A stretch of 64,000 bases of DNA from a virus (lineage: Duplodnaviria; Heunggongvirae; Uroviricota; Caudoviricetes), in the IMG/VR virus record IMGVR_UViG_3300010429_001387, positions 1-64,000 of that record; one strand, given 5' to 3'. This document shows, one piece after another, positions 34,622-43,448 of the stretch. The notes beneath the pieces are model-generated. The model did not search any database and was not told the DNA's origin. It worked only from the letters and a program-made list of their open reading frames with translations. Both the position numbers and the translations under genes were made by a program. The number at the start of each line of letters is the position of its first letter. Position 1 is the first letter of the stretch.

Positions 34622-34918
34622 TTAAACAATGATTTTTGTTAATTCAATTTCTATATACGGATAATGATTGCACGCTCCAGACTCAAAATAAACCTCATCC
34701 CGGCAGAAACAATGTGTAACTTTACAAACTTTCAGACGTTTTCCTCCTCTAGATTCAATCCATTCCCCTTCTCTTGGAACAGCAACAAACCGTTCCGGCC
34801 AACATTCCATTCTATATTCATCAAGATTAGTTCGACAACGACCACGAATCATTTTATAATTCTCCTCTCTTAAAATTTTAAAACCGAGCACCCTACTCAC
34901 TAGATGTTCTGGCGGCAC
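34622..34918 (-). CDS. Cys/His-rich hypothetical protein (98 aa)
   Basis: ORF containing 'CKVTHCFCRDE...GACNHY'. Confidence 0.4.
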   Translation of the reverse strand: MPPEHLVSRVLGFKILREENYKMIRGRCRTNLDEYRMECWPERFVAVPREGEWIESRGGKRLKVCKVTHCFCRDEVYFESGACNHYPYIEIELTKIIV

Positions 34919-34948
34919 ATCATTGCTTTCAGGTGCCTCGAAGCAGAA

Positions 34949-35020
34949 TAGACCTGGTTGGATTTAAACCAACAACGACACCCTTATAAGGGGTGTGCTC
35001 TATCGTTGAGCTACAGGTCA
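34949..35020 (-). tRNA. tRNA-Ile: tRNA-Ile (TAT)
   Basis: Acceptor TGACCTG/CAGGTCT with a 1-72 mismatch, D stem GCTC/GAGC, anticodon stem CACCC/GGGTG with loop CTTATAA, and T arm GTTGG-TTTAAAT-CCAAC. Confidence 0.55.
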
Positions 35021-35021
35021 T

Positions 35022-35092
35022 TTGACCTACATGGATTTGAACCAGGATCGCACGATTATCGGTCGTGTACTCTACCATTGAGCTATAGGTCA
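35022..35092 (-). tRNA. tRNA-Ile: tRNA-Ile (GAT)
   Basis: Perfect acceptor TGACCTA/TAGGTCA, D stem GCTC/GAGT, anticodon stem CACGA/TCGTG with loop CCGATAA, and T loop TTCAAAT. Confidence 0.6.
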
Positions 35093-35093
35093 C

Positions 35094-35164
35094 CAACTCC
35101 ATTAGGATTTGAACCTAAACTGGGAGATTCAAAATCTCCAGTGCTGCCGTTACACTATGGAGTT
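35094..35164 (-). tRNA. tRNA-Gln: tRNA-Gln (TTG)
   Basis: Acceptor AACTCCA/TGGAGTT, anticodon stem GGAGA/TCTCC with loop TTTTGAA, and T arm TTAGG-TTCAAAT-CCTAA. Confidence 0.65.
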
Positions 35165-35376
35165 AAAAATACAGAATGAAAAACACAACCGAATTCTATT
35201 CAGGGTTAATTAAAATTTTGCGATTCGTAAACATGTCCCTTATCAACTCTTCTTATTCTCAAAAATATACCAAGACCGCATTTTCGCCCGCACGAACGAG
35301 GAATTTGTAACCTTTAAATATTGGCTTTGTTCCTCCTCAGCCTTTCATTCTGTATTAAATTTTCAAAGAAACTAAA

Positions 35377-35450
35377 TAGCCCTGATCAGATTTGAACTGA
35401 CGTCTTTGGCTTGAAGGGCCAATATCCTAGACCGACTAGAAGACAGGGCC
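35377..35450 (-). tRNA. tRNA-Glu: tRNA-Glu (TTC)
   Basis: Acceptor GGCCCTG/CAGGGCT, anticodon stem TTGGC/GCCAA with loop CCTTCAA, and T arm GTCAG-TTCAAAT-CTGAT. The D-arm geometry is slightly non-canonical. Confidence 0.5.
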
Positions 35451-35454
35451 AAAA

Positions 35455-35658
35455 TCAGATTAATTGAATAATCTGTTTAAATATTGAATAAGCTAATTCA
35501 TCATCTCGTTCTTTTTCCGCTTCAAGCAGTTGATCAAACAAGTGATCAAATTCCTTTTGAGTATCTTGTTCAGTTTTAATTGTTCTTTCTTCCTGTTTAT
35601 ACATATGGAACACATTTACCTCGAAAGGAAATATCCAATTCAACAACTTCATAATCAT
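35455..35658 (-). CDS. Hypothetical protein (67 aa)
   Basis: Short ORF downstream of the portal gene. Confidence 0.35.
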   Translation of the reverse strand: MIMKLLNWIFPFEVNVFHMYKQEERTIKTEQDTQKEFDHLFDQLLEAEKERDDELAYSIFKQIIQLI

Positions 35659-35770
35659 TACTGGAATTGTAATATCCTAGATGAAAATCCCAAATCAAAG
35701 GTGTATGTTTGAAATATCTAACACATTCCAAACAACCATTTACCAACAAACCATACCACATTTTACCATC

Positions 35771-35805
35771 CCTTTGCAGATTGAAAATTAGGGGCTACAA
35801 CAAGT
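35771..35805 (-). terminator. Candidate intrinsic terminator downstream of the portal gene
   Basis: 8-bp perfect stem GGGGCTAC/GTAGCCCC with a 5-nt loop. On the transcribed strand it is followed by 'UAAUUUUCAAU'. Confidence 0.4.
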
Positions 35806-35921
35806 AGCCCCATCTTCTTGGAATCCAGGCCCATGTTGAGATCATGAATGACATCTCCATGGCTGGCTCATACTTATATTATAGCTTATAATCAGAGAAA
35901 CCAAAATGGAAAATTATAAAA

Positions 35922-37883
35922 TTACACTTTCTTTTCTTCTGCTATTTCAGTTACACAAGCATCACCATATTTATCCATCCAGGTTAGATAATCTCGCTGC
36001 TCCAAGAAATTGATGTCAATTGGATTCTCAGCCGGATTATCAATTATCATTATACGTTCATTCAATTTGTCCTTGGTATCTTCAGTAACATGTGAAGACA
36101 TTACAGCTGGTAGGCATGCATACACATCAGTATTGAATCTACCTTCATTTAATCTTGGACATCTTCGCACTTTAGCCTCAATAATTGTAGTGGCGTCAAA
36201 ATCATCTTCTACACTAGAAATTAATCGAATTGGTTTCTTTTCTTCTTCTTTTTTAACTGGTGGAACAGCCGGAACGGGACCACCAGCTGGGGGCACGGCT
36301 CCAGGTTGTTCCATTGGAGGCATTGCCTCAGCAGCAGCTTTTGCTGCAGCAGCTTCTGCCTCTTTAGCAATAACATCTTTGGATTTGTAAAAATCTTCGA
36401 TACGAAAATCTTCTAATCGCAGGATCTTATCATTATAATACTCAAACACCTTTTCGGGATCCAATTTACGTCCACTAACTTTCTTTAGCGTCGACATAAA
36501 TGATCCTAATGTTTTCAATCCAGTTTCCAAACCTTTGCGAATTGCATTTTCTTCTGCGGTAGAAGTTTCTGCCATTTGAATTTGGAACAATTGTGGATCT
36601 GGATCCATCCCTTTATATGCAAGATGGATCTGACACATACGAACTAAACCATTAATTAGTGCTCTTTGGATTCTTCTCGCAGATCTAGCAAATCGAATAC
36701 CTAACTGTTCAATTGCTTCGGATCCTAATGATCCTGTTGCCTCTTTTACATAACCACCTAACAATGATGGTGGCGTTGCCAATGCTGTCGCTAATTGATT
36801 TCGAAGATTATCAATATCAACAATCCAACGAATGTCAGCTTCCCCACCAACTTTCTCATAAGTAAGATCATTAATATCACCCCAAACAGGAATGAATATA
36901 TCTTCGATAGCAGAGATAGATGAATTCTTCGAATCGAAAGACGCTGAACCTTCTCTTGTATCAATAGCTCTTGCTCTTGTTATAAGAGTTGCATATTGAT
37001 CCATAAGAGACGAAACAGCTTCCATATTTGTACCATCAACTTTATACTTCCAGATGTATTTGATAATACCTCTTGTAACACGAGCAAGTAACAAACTATC
37101 TTCTGCTAAGCGAAGTCGTTTGTATGATGGCAAGGCATTAAGGAGCAATGATGTCCCATATCGTGTTGTCACTTGTCTTGTTTCAGATGTTGTGATAAGA
37201 TTAACACTTCTCATCTCCGAATATTGATTTTCAGCAAATCGAGAACGTCTCTTAATACCACCCAACAATCTCATGTGTACATATTTCCAAGGTGGAATTA
37301 ATGTGTTCTTCTCTGTAGATTGATTACCCGAAAAACCTTGCAACGATTTATAAAACCCTACGAGTATACCTTCATATTCAACACGAGAAGTATTCATGGG
37401 ATGTTCTGCATCATTAATAGAAACGATACCTAATCCCGGCATACCATTTAATTCAATAAACAAATCACCATATGCAGCCAATGTAAAGGCCCAATCATGA
37501 ATCCTTTCTTCTATCGAAATCCTGTCAAACAGATCATTTAATTCCCGCTGGTAGGTTTCCGAATCAGCTTGCACCCAGCAAGTCGCACCATGAATTGGAG
37601 AAAATGGTGTACTTGTTCCGGCGTATAATTCTATAGCAGGACCCACCATCCAATGGGTAATTGCCCGTTCAACTTCCTGGTAAATATTCCACCGATCCCA
37701 ACTAATTTCAATATCTGCATTAATTGACCGTTGAACCATTTCCGCAGTGATACCTGCTTTTTTGATCATGCGGATAACTTCTTCGGTAGCATTTTCGCCT
37801 TTGACTACCTCAGTCGGAATCATCGGAGGTTTGGGTGTGAGATCAGGAAGAAGTGAATTAAATGGGTTTTGGGTATAAGGCAT
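35922..37883 (-). CDS. Portal protein (candidate)
   Basis: 653 aa. The C-terminal tail is Ala/Pro/Glu-rich and low in complexity. Size and composition are typical of myovirus portals. This is my recollection of the pattern only. Confidence 0.45.
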   Translation of the reverse strand: MPYTQNPFNSLLPDLTPKPPMIPTEVVKGENATEEVIRMIKKAGITAEMVQRSINADIEISWDRWNIYQEVERAITHWMVGPAIELYAGTSTPFSPIHGATCWVQADSETYQRELNDLFDRISIEERIHDWAFTLAAYGDLFIELNGMPGLGIVSINDAEHPMNTSRVEYEGILVGFYKSLQGFSGNQSTEKNTLIPPWKYVHMRLLGGIKRRSRFAENQYSEMRSVNLITTSETRQVTTRYGTSLLLNALPSYKRLRLAEDSLLLARVTRGIIKYIWKYKVDGTNMEAVSSLMDQYATLITRARAIDTREGSASFDSKNSSISAIEDIFIPVWGDINDLTYEKVGGEADIRWIVDIDNLRNQLATALATPPSLLGGYVKEATGSLGSEAIEQLGIRFARSARRIQRALINGLVRMCQIHLAYKGMDPDPQLFQIQMAETSTAEENAIRKGLETGLKTLGSFMSTLKKVSGRKLDPEKVFEYYNDKILRLEDFRIEDFYKSKDVIAKEAEAAAAKAAAEAMPPMEQPGAVPPAGGPVPAVPPVKKEEEKKPIRLISSVEDDFDATTIIEAKVRRCPRLNEGRFNTDVYACLPAVMSSHVTEDTKDKLNERIMIIDNPAENPIDINFLEQRDYLTWMDKYGDACVTEIAEEKKV

Positions 37884-37970
37884 GTTCAGATTCCCTTCTT
37901 AAGAAATATCCTCAAAATTTACGAGATAACTGTTCTTAATTAAATAAATGTTTTTAAATTATACATCGGA

Positions 37971-38318
37971 TCAAAACAATATGACCTCAACAGACACATT
38001 ATTCCTTTTAGCTAAATCAATTGTTGATTTAGTACCTTTTGATTTACCATCCCAGAATGCTAAAATGAAATCTGAATCTAACACAATCAACTGATTTCTT
38101 AAGAAACCAGCAGATTTTCCAAATGTTTTCCAATCAGGAAGATGTATTGTTTTTCCAAGATTGTTTTCGTTGGCAAATAGTTCGGCTAATTGATCTGCTC
38201 CTTTAGCTCCTCCTGATATTAAATGGAAGGGTATTAACAGCGTTAAATAACTTTCTAAAAGAGAATAGTTATTGAAACTCCTAGATCCAACAACCCCAAT
38301 CTTAGGGATTTCCATCAA
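37971..38318 (-). CDS. SLOG/DprA-like Rossmann-fold protein
   Basis: 'GVVGSRSF...ISGGAKGADQLAE' is a GGxxGxD-type SLOG/LOG/DprA-like nucleotide-binding motif. Confidence 0.4.
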   Translation of the reverse strand: MMEIPKIGVVGSRSFNNYSLLESYLTLLIPFHLISGGAKGADQLAELFANENNLGKTIHLPDWKTFGKSAGFLRNQLIVLDSDFILAFWDGKSKGTKSTIDLAKRNNVSVEVILF

Positions 38319-38631
38319 CTCTTATTCCTGTGTTGGGGATCACTTGGATGGCTCTGTCATCCCAACATTCGATCATAAGATAATCTTTTTGATATGTTAC
38401 TTCAAGTGGAGGCAATCCATATTTCTTACACCAAGCATGGATAATTCGAATATCAAAATCTGGTTGGGAAGCTCGGGCAGTAAATATCTTGACTCGTTTG
38501 CCTTCTGCTAACATATTCTTAACACGTGAAAGCATCAAAGGCACAGCTTCACCAATATGGTGTGAACCTCGCCATTCATCATAATACGCTAACGTACCAT
38601 CCAAATCAATTGCAATCCAACCTTTATCCAT
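38302..38631 (-). CDS. HAD-superfamily phosphatase (small)
   Basis: Motif I 'IAIDLDGTL', a conserved Thr in 'KIFTARAS', and Lys/Asp later in the sequence. Confidence 0.5.
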   Translation of the reverse strand: MDKGWIAIDLDGTLAYYDEWRGSHHIGEAVPLMLSRVKNMLAEGKRVKIFTARASQPDFDIRIIHAWCKKYGLPPLEVTYQKDYLMIECWDDRAIQVIPNTGIRVDGNP

Positions 38632-38813
38632 TATTTAATTCCTTAATATATTTGCTTTTGAATACTTTCAAATTGTTTATATACTGCAGGTTTCATACAA
38701 GCCTTAATCAACTCATCTGTATTTTTCGGGGGCATTAACCAATCAAAATGAGCAGTCTGTAAAAAGGCTATCATTAATGTCCACTCATTATAACTTGGAG
38801 CTATATTTAGCAT

Positions 38814-39740
38814 TTAAACCTCTCTCAAAAATTGCGGAAGTGAACCCACAATCCAAAAACAGTTTCGTTTTCCTTTAAACAATTCAGGATCATCTAACAT
38901 CCATACAAAAACTTTCGCTTCATAATGGGGGTGAAGTTCAGTCCCATCAGGCAAAAACGCTTCCACTTGCTCTTCATATTTCCAACCATCTGTATATGCA
39001 TCAACATAATGGAATGGGATATTCCACAAATCCAATCCAGACAGTATTGATAAGGTTGCAAGTCTTTCTCGGATCTTCTTTTCTCGATTTGGTGCTGTTC
39101 CAATTAACCAAACATCCTTAACTTGTTTATTATACTTTTTTAATCCATATAAAATGCCTGTAGATGTGATTCCAGATCCACAGTCAATTACCAAATTATC
39201 TAAATCATCTGGAAGATTCTTTACCTGATTTGCAGTTACATCATAAAATGCTTCCACATAATTTGTGTTCTGGCAATTAACACCATACTCCAAAAAGAAA
39301 TCACCTGGAAGCATTTCTTTCTTACCACACGATTGCAATACGTTTGATCTTCCAGAAGGAGCTAATTTAATTTCTGCTCCGAAATGCTTCACCAATCGTG
39401 GCATATGGTGTTTCTGGTGCTGCGGTGTCCCATACCATACAATGCATGGGAGATCATAATATCGGGCAACAGCAGCTGCCACAGGAGCTTGTGCGGATAA
39501 AACAGAGCACCCAGTAATAATTCGTTTGTATCCTTCTTTGACAATTAAAGAAAGTAAGAGGCATCCTTGCCTAAGTTTGCCTCCATTAAGGATGTCACTG
39601 CCAAAAGGGGAATACAAATCATCACGTTTATAATAAACCCCAGCCATTTCCTGCACAGGAGTTAGATCATAAACTTGGAGATCTTGGAGAGATTTGGACA
39701 TGTCAAAAATAGTAGAGATCGACAGGTGTAACAAGATCAT
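38814..39740 (-). CDS. PLP-dependent fold-type-II enzyme (ACC-deaminase/D-Cys desulfhydrase-like)
   Basis: 'YYKRDDLYSPFGSDILNGGKLRQ' parallels the ACCD family 'KRDDL...GGNKxRKL' PLP-lysine region. A Gly-rich 'DCGSGITSTG' loop is present. Confidence 0.5.
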   Translation of the reverse strand: MILLHLSISTIFDMSKSLQDLQVYDLTPVQEMAGVYYKRDDLYSPFGSDILNGGKLRQGCLLLSLIVKEGYKRIITGCSVLSAQAPVAAAVARYYDLPCIVWYGTPQHQKHHMPRLVKHFGAEIKLAPSGRSNVLQSCGKKEMLPGDFFLEYGVNCQNTNYVEAFYDVTANQVKNLPDDLDNLVIDCGSGITSTGILYGLKKYNKQVKDVWLIGTAPNREKKIRERLATLSILSGLDLWNIPFHYVDAYTDGWKYEEQVEAFLPDGTELHPHYEAKVFVWMLDDPELFKGKRNCFWIVGSLPQFLREV

Positions 39741-39942
39741 CTAAGTACATATATTCTAGTGAACCTCTTAGATCAAATTTTGTTTTAGGCACTACCAAAA
39801 CAGCATACTCTTCTTCATCCTTAATATAAATTGCTCTTCGACGTCCAATACGAAATGCATCTCCCATCATCAAATCACCGAACGGAACTTTCTTTGTTCT
39901 TGCCATGATCTTTCTCCTACTCATACATTTTAAAAATTTCAC
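39703..39942 (-). CDS. Hypothetical protein (79 aa)
   Basis: ORF that overlaps its neighbours. Confidence 0.35.
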   Translation of the reverse strand: MKFLKCMSRRKIMARTKKVPFGDLMMGDAFRIGRRRAIYIKDEEEYAVLVVPKTKFDLRGSLEYMYLDDLVTPVDLYYF

Positions 39943-40111
39943 CTGTTACCATATTTACTTGATAGTGTTTTCCAGACCCAGGAACAGTCATTTCAATTGT
40001 ATCATCTCGCATGCACAATGCTAATTGATTTCCCTCTTCTGTTTTTAATATTAAGGGATTATAAACCTTTTTAAGCACAAAAGCATATGCCTCATTTACG
40101 TCAATCTGCAT
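39917..40111 (-). CDS. Hypothetical protein (64 aa)
   Basis: Short ORF. Confidence 0.35.
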   Translation of the reverse strand: MQIDVNEAYAFVLKKVYNPLILKTEEGNQLALCMRDDTIEMTVPGSGKHYQVNMVTGEIFKMYE

Positions 40112-40123
40112 ATTTACTCGCTT

Positions 40124-41185
40124 TCAAATATCAAAGGTTTTGTCTTTGTCCACCGTGTCCAAACCCATAACATTATACCCAAACTTTGATTTAGCTATCT
40201 CACGCATTACATTTTCAAATGTAAGTTGATCCAATACATCTGATGCCCAAGATGATTGACACAAAGTTTTAAAGCAAACAGTGTGTCCAACTTCTTTCAT
40301 AGCTGGCGTTGGTTGTGGATCTTCTCCTGCGTAAATGTGATTGAGATTGAATGTGTTGTGTTGGAAACCCGGAACTCCTTCACAACCACAACATACCAAC
40401 GAATCTCCCATCCAACGCAAACGATTTTCACCACAGAAAAACTTAAGATTCAACTCATGGGCTCTATCACGGATTTGTTCAAAGTGATGTTGCAGAATAT
40501 TTAAGGGATAAACAAAGTCGGCTCCAACCTGTATTGTCCCAGGCTGTTTTCCATCATAAAACTTCATACCTTCAACCACAACACCATATGCTCCAGCATT
40601 TTGAACTTGAGGAATAGTAATCGTTAATACTTTTTCAAGTTCGGTAATCATATACGGCTGAATACGAACAATAACTCTTTTTGATACTTTTGCAAGTTTA
40701 CCAATAATTTCCACACGTTCTTTAAATGGAGGAGCTCCAGCATCCAAAACATCATATGATGGAGAAACTAACGACACTTGCATAACTGCATTACATTGTG
40801 AAATCAAATCAAGATATTCAGGTTTTGCAACAATCCTTCCTTTTGTGGAAGCAAGAAATGGGTGTTGACTTTCAGCTAAAATCTTTAGAGCTTCAAATGA
40901 AATCTTATACTTATCTTCACACGGTTGAAAAGGATCTGACATCCCTCCTATGTGAATCGGGAATTTCCAATCCTTATCAATCCAAGATAGTTCGCCTTTT
41001 CTCTCGCCTGCAATAAAATTTCGAAGTGCTGTTAAACTATCACCTTTTTCAATATCCACATCTTGCCCAATTCGATCATCTAATTTGCGACGAGTAAAGC
41101 AATATTGGCAAGAATGTGTACATCCCTTATATGGATCCCATCTTACAGGCACAGAACACAGCACGACTTGGCTTCCACATCTCAC
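40124..41185 (-). CDS. Radical-SAM enzyme, SplB/'DNA repair photolyase' (COG1533)-like
   Basis: 'DPYKGCTHSCQYCFTRRK' fits the CxxxCxxC cluster in the PYxGCxHxCxYC context I recall for spore-photoproduct-lyase-like radical SAM proteins. Confidence 0.55.
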   Translation of the reverse strand: MRCGSQVVLCSVPVRWDPYKGCTHSCQYCFTRRKLDDRIGQDVDIEKGDSLTALRNFIAGERKGELSWIDKDWKFPIHIGGMSDPFQPCEDKYKISFEALKILAESQHPFLASTKGRIVAKPEYLDLISQCNAVMQVSLVSPSYDVLDAGAPPFKERVEIIGKLAKVSKRVIVRIQPYMITELEKVLTITIPQVQNAGAYGVVVEGMKFYDGKQPGTIQVGADFVYPLNILQHHFEQIRDRAHELNLKFFCGENRLRWMGDSLVCCGCEGVPGFQHNTFNLNHIYAGEDPQPTPAMKEVGHTVCFKTLCQSSWASDVLDQLTFENVMREIAKSKFGYNVMGLDTVDKDKTFDI

Positions 41186-41188
41186 GAT

Positions 41189-41422
41189 TTATCCTTTCGC
41201 TTGAACTAATTTTTCTTTACAATACTCAACAACATGAGCAGCCAATTCTGTTTTCCCAAACTTCTTAAAATAATTATTAACAATTTCAAAATCTTCGATA
41301 TTCCAAGTCAAACTCGCCGACATGTAAATCTGAGCACCAACGTTCTCAGCAGCCTTTAATACAGCTTCTTTAATACTATTATTTTGGATTTTACACCAAA
41401 GTGGAGGTTTAAATGTGAACAT
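41189..41422 (-). CDS. Hypothetical protein (77 aa)
   Basis: ORF on the coding strand. Confidence 0.35.
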   Translation of the reverse strand: MFTFKPPLWCKIQNNSIKEAVLKAAENVGAQIYMSASLTWNIEDFEIVNNYFKKFGKTELAAHVVEYCKEKLVQAKG

Positions 41423-41633
41423 TCCTTTTTCTCCTTTTAATAAGAACTTTTAGGGAATCGGGATCATGAATACTAGGCCCCATTATCCATGTGAATGGTC
41501 CTAAACAAGCTACGATAAATCCCATCATTAAATCACTTGTTCGGAGGTCAAAGTCCGAAGTCCACCAATATACAAATCCAATAAATCCAACTATCCACCA
41601 CAAAATAAGACCCAGCGTTATTAATAGTACCAT
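41409..41633 (-). CDS. Small membrane protein (74 aa, two TM segments)
   Basis: 'LLITLGLILWWIVGFIGFVYWW' and 'MMGFIVACLGPFTWIMG'. Confidence 0.4.
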   Translation of the reverse strand: MVLLITLGLILWWIVGFIGFVYWWTSDFDLRTSDLMMGFIVACLGPFTWIMGPSIHDPDSLKVLIKRRKRNVHI

Positions 41634-41816
41634 TTCTCAATCTCCAAAATCATAGTCAGCCCAATAGATATCACTGTGTAGCTGATCAACAACTCGATTA
41701 ATAATTTCCCCAACGACTTTAATTTGTTCTTCAGTTAAATTTGCTTCTTTAAGTTTCACATCAATGTCGGCCCAAGTCATTGCATTCTCCTTAACAAGAG
41801 AGGACACCGCTGTTCT

Positions 41817-42071
41817 TTAAGCAGATTTAAAACGGTTCATTATCTCCTCAAGTGTTTTGTCAGGATGCATCCACAGCAGAAAATCCTTTAAACAATACTG
41901 ACACAAATCAATTGAAATTTCCAAGTCATCATACCAACTATCATATCCACCAATTGTTGACGCGAAAAGACCTTCATAATTATAGGCTTGTTTACAAGTT
42001 TTCCCACACCTATCACAAATAATATCTTTCAGGACTTCGGTACTTCTTTCAATGATTTCATGCCGTTTCAT
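41817..42071 (-). CDS. Small Cys-containing protein (84 aa)
   Basis: 'CDRCGKTCKQ...CQYC'. Confidence 0.35.
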   Translation of the reverse strand: MKRHEIIERSTEVLKDIICDRCGKTCKQAYNYEGLFASTIGGYDSWYDDLEISIDLCQYCLKDFLLWMHPDKTLEEIMNRFKSA

Positions 42072-42385
42072 TGTTCATCCTTTAATTTAATCAAAGTAAC
42101 TTCTTTCTTTTCTTCTTCTCCCAGCAAAATCCCTTCCACTTGCTCCCATGACATCTTAACAGCATACCCAGCACCACAATTAAGCCTCAACAATGTACCA
42201 GGGATGCCGATCGGTTCACCATCAGGACCTTTCATATTGGAAGGCAACGTAATTGGTTCTAACGCTGCAACTTGATCCTTATGGAATCTTACTTGCTTTT
42301 CGATCACAGCCAACTGATTTCCCATTTGACGCATTTCAACAACTTGCATTTCTACAAAATTAGGAAGCATGGTTTCTCCAATCAT
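42068..42385 (-). CDS. Hypothetical protein (105 aa)
   Basis: ORF with overlapping ends. Confidence 0.4.
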   Translation of the reverse strand: MIGETMLPNFVEMQVVEMRQMGNQLAVIEKQVRFHKDQVAALEPITLPSNMKGPDGEPIGIPGTLLRLNCGAGYAVKMSWEQVEGILLGEEEKKEVTLIKLKDEQ

Positions 42386-43077
42386 ACAAAACTTAGGAAT
42401 TCAACTTGTAAATTCGAATTAATTCCAAAATGTTTATCTACAAGATGCTTTAACCAAACATCTTTTTCTTCTAATGACATTAATTCATTAACAATGTACA
42501 CATCAAACACTTTTGCCTTTAATGCTTCACCCCAAGATAATGTTGCGTAAGAATCCAATAAATTGCATCCAGATTCTATCAACAAATCTCTTGTATATTC
42601 CGCAACACCATCCAACGCTGTTTCAGATTTGTGTTTATCTGTATCAGCAAATGGAGCTTTCGTTAATCGAATTACTAACCCATTATGTTCTTGAATATAC
42701 TTTAATTCATTTCGAAATCGAACATCGGGAGTTATAACAATGTCTACAAATAGTTCTTGCAATTTTTTAGCATATGCATTGACCCAACAATCTGAAAACA
42801 TTTCACGAAACCAATCTGTTCCTACAATTTGTAACATTTGCCTCACAGTTTTATTGCAAGGCAACATTCTATTTTTATTCTCATCAGGCTCCAAGTCTTT
42901 GATTGTCCAATTCCACTCCGTAGGAACAAAGCAGTCAATAACTATTTCTTTAAGTTTGTCGGCAAAACAGACAATCTCAGTTTTTGTTGCAAATTTCTCC
43001 TGAAGCAATTTACTCAAAGTTGCAGCCGCAGTACTTTTGCCAGATTGTTTCTTTCCTGAGATCCCAATTATCAACAT
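42382..43077 (-). CDS. P-loop kinase (dNMP-kinase-like; alternatively a 5-hmdU DNA kinase-like protein)
   Basis: N-terminal Walker A 'IIGISGKKQSGKST', the same position as in T4 gp1-type kinases. 231 aa. Confidence 0.5.
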   Translation of the reverse strand: MLIIGISGKKQSGKSTAAATLSKLLQEKFATKTEIVCFADKLKEIVIDCFVPTEWNWTIKDLEPDENKNRMLPCNKTVRQMLQIVGTDWFREMFSDCWVNAYAKKLQELFVDIVITPDVRFRNELKYIQEHNGLVIRLTKAPFADTDKHKSETALDGVAEYTRDLLIESGCNLLDSYATLSWGEALKAKVFDVYIVNELMSLEEKDVWLKHLVDKHFGINSNLQVEFLSFV

Positions 43078-43212
43078 ACCTTATCGTCTCCGGCATTTTC
43101 TTCTTTCTTTTCTTCCTCAACTTTAGGAGCATACTTCTTGCGAAGATATTCTTTCATATCCAAATAAAACAGATATTTAAGATTCTCTTGAGCCTCTTGC
43201 ATTTCACGTTGT

Positions 43213-43446
43213 TTACGACGATTGATTCCCATTAGATTCCTCTTTTAAAGTATTTTGTCCTTTTCTTGCAATATCTTGACCCGGCCAATCTTTACCTTTA
43301 AACAGTATGCCCCCACCTGAACCAATTAATCGCTTTAACTTTTTCTTACCACATTTCGGACACAACCTTTTTGGCCCTTCTGTTATCTTTTGATAGATTT
43401 CAAATTGACTTCCACAATTAGCACACATATAATCGTAGGTTGGCAT
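43213..43446 (-). CDS. FmdB-family zinc-ribbon protein
   Basis: 'MPTYDYMCANCGSQFE...CPKCG' is the classic FmdB pattern. Confidence 0.55.
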   Translation of the reverse strand: MPTYDYMCANCGSQFEIYQKITEGPKRLCPKCGKKKLKRLIGSGGGILFKGKDWPGQDIARKGQNTLKEESNGNQSS

Positions 43447-43448
43447 TT

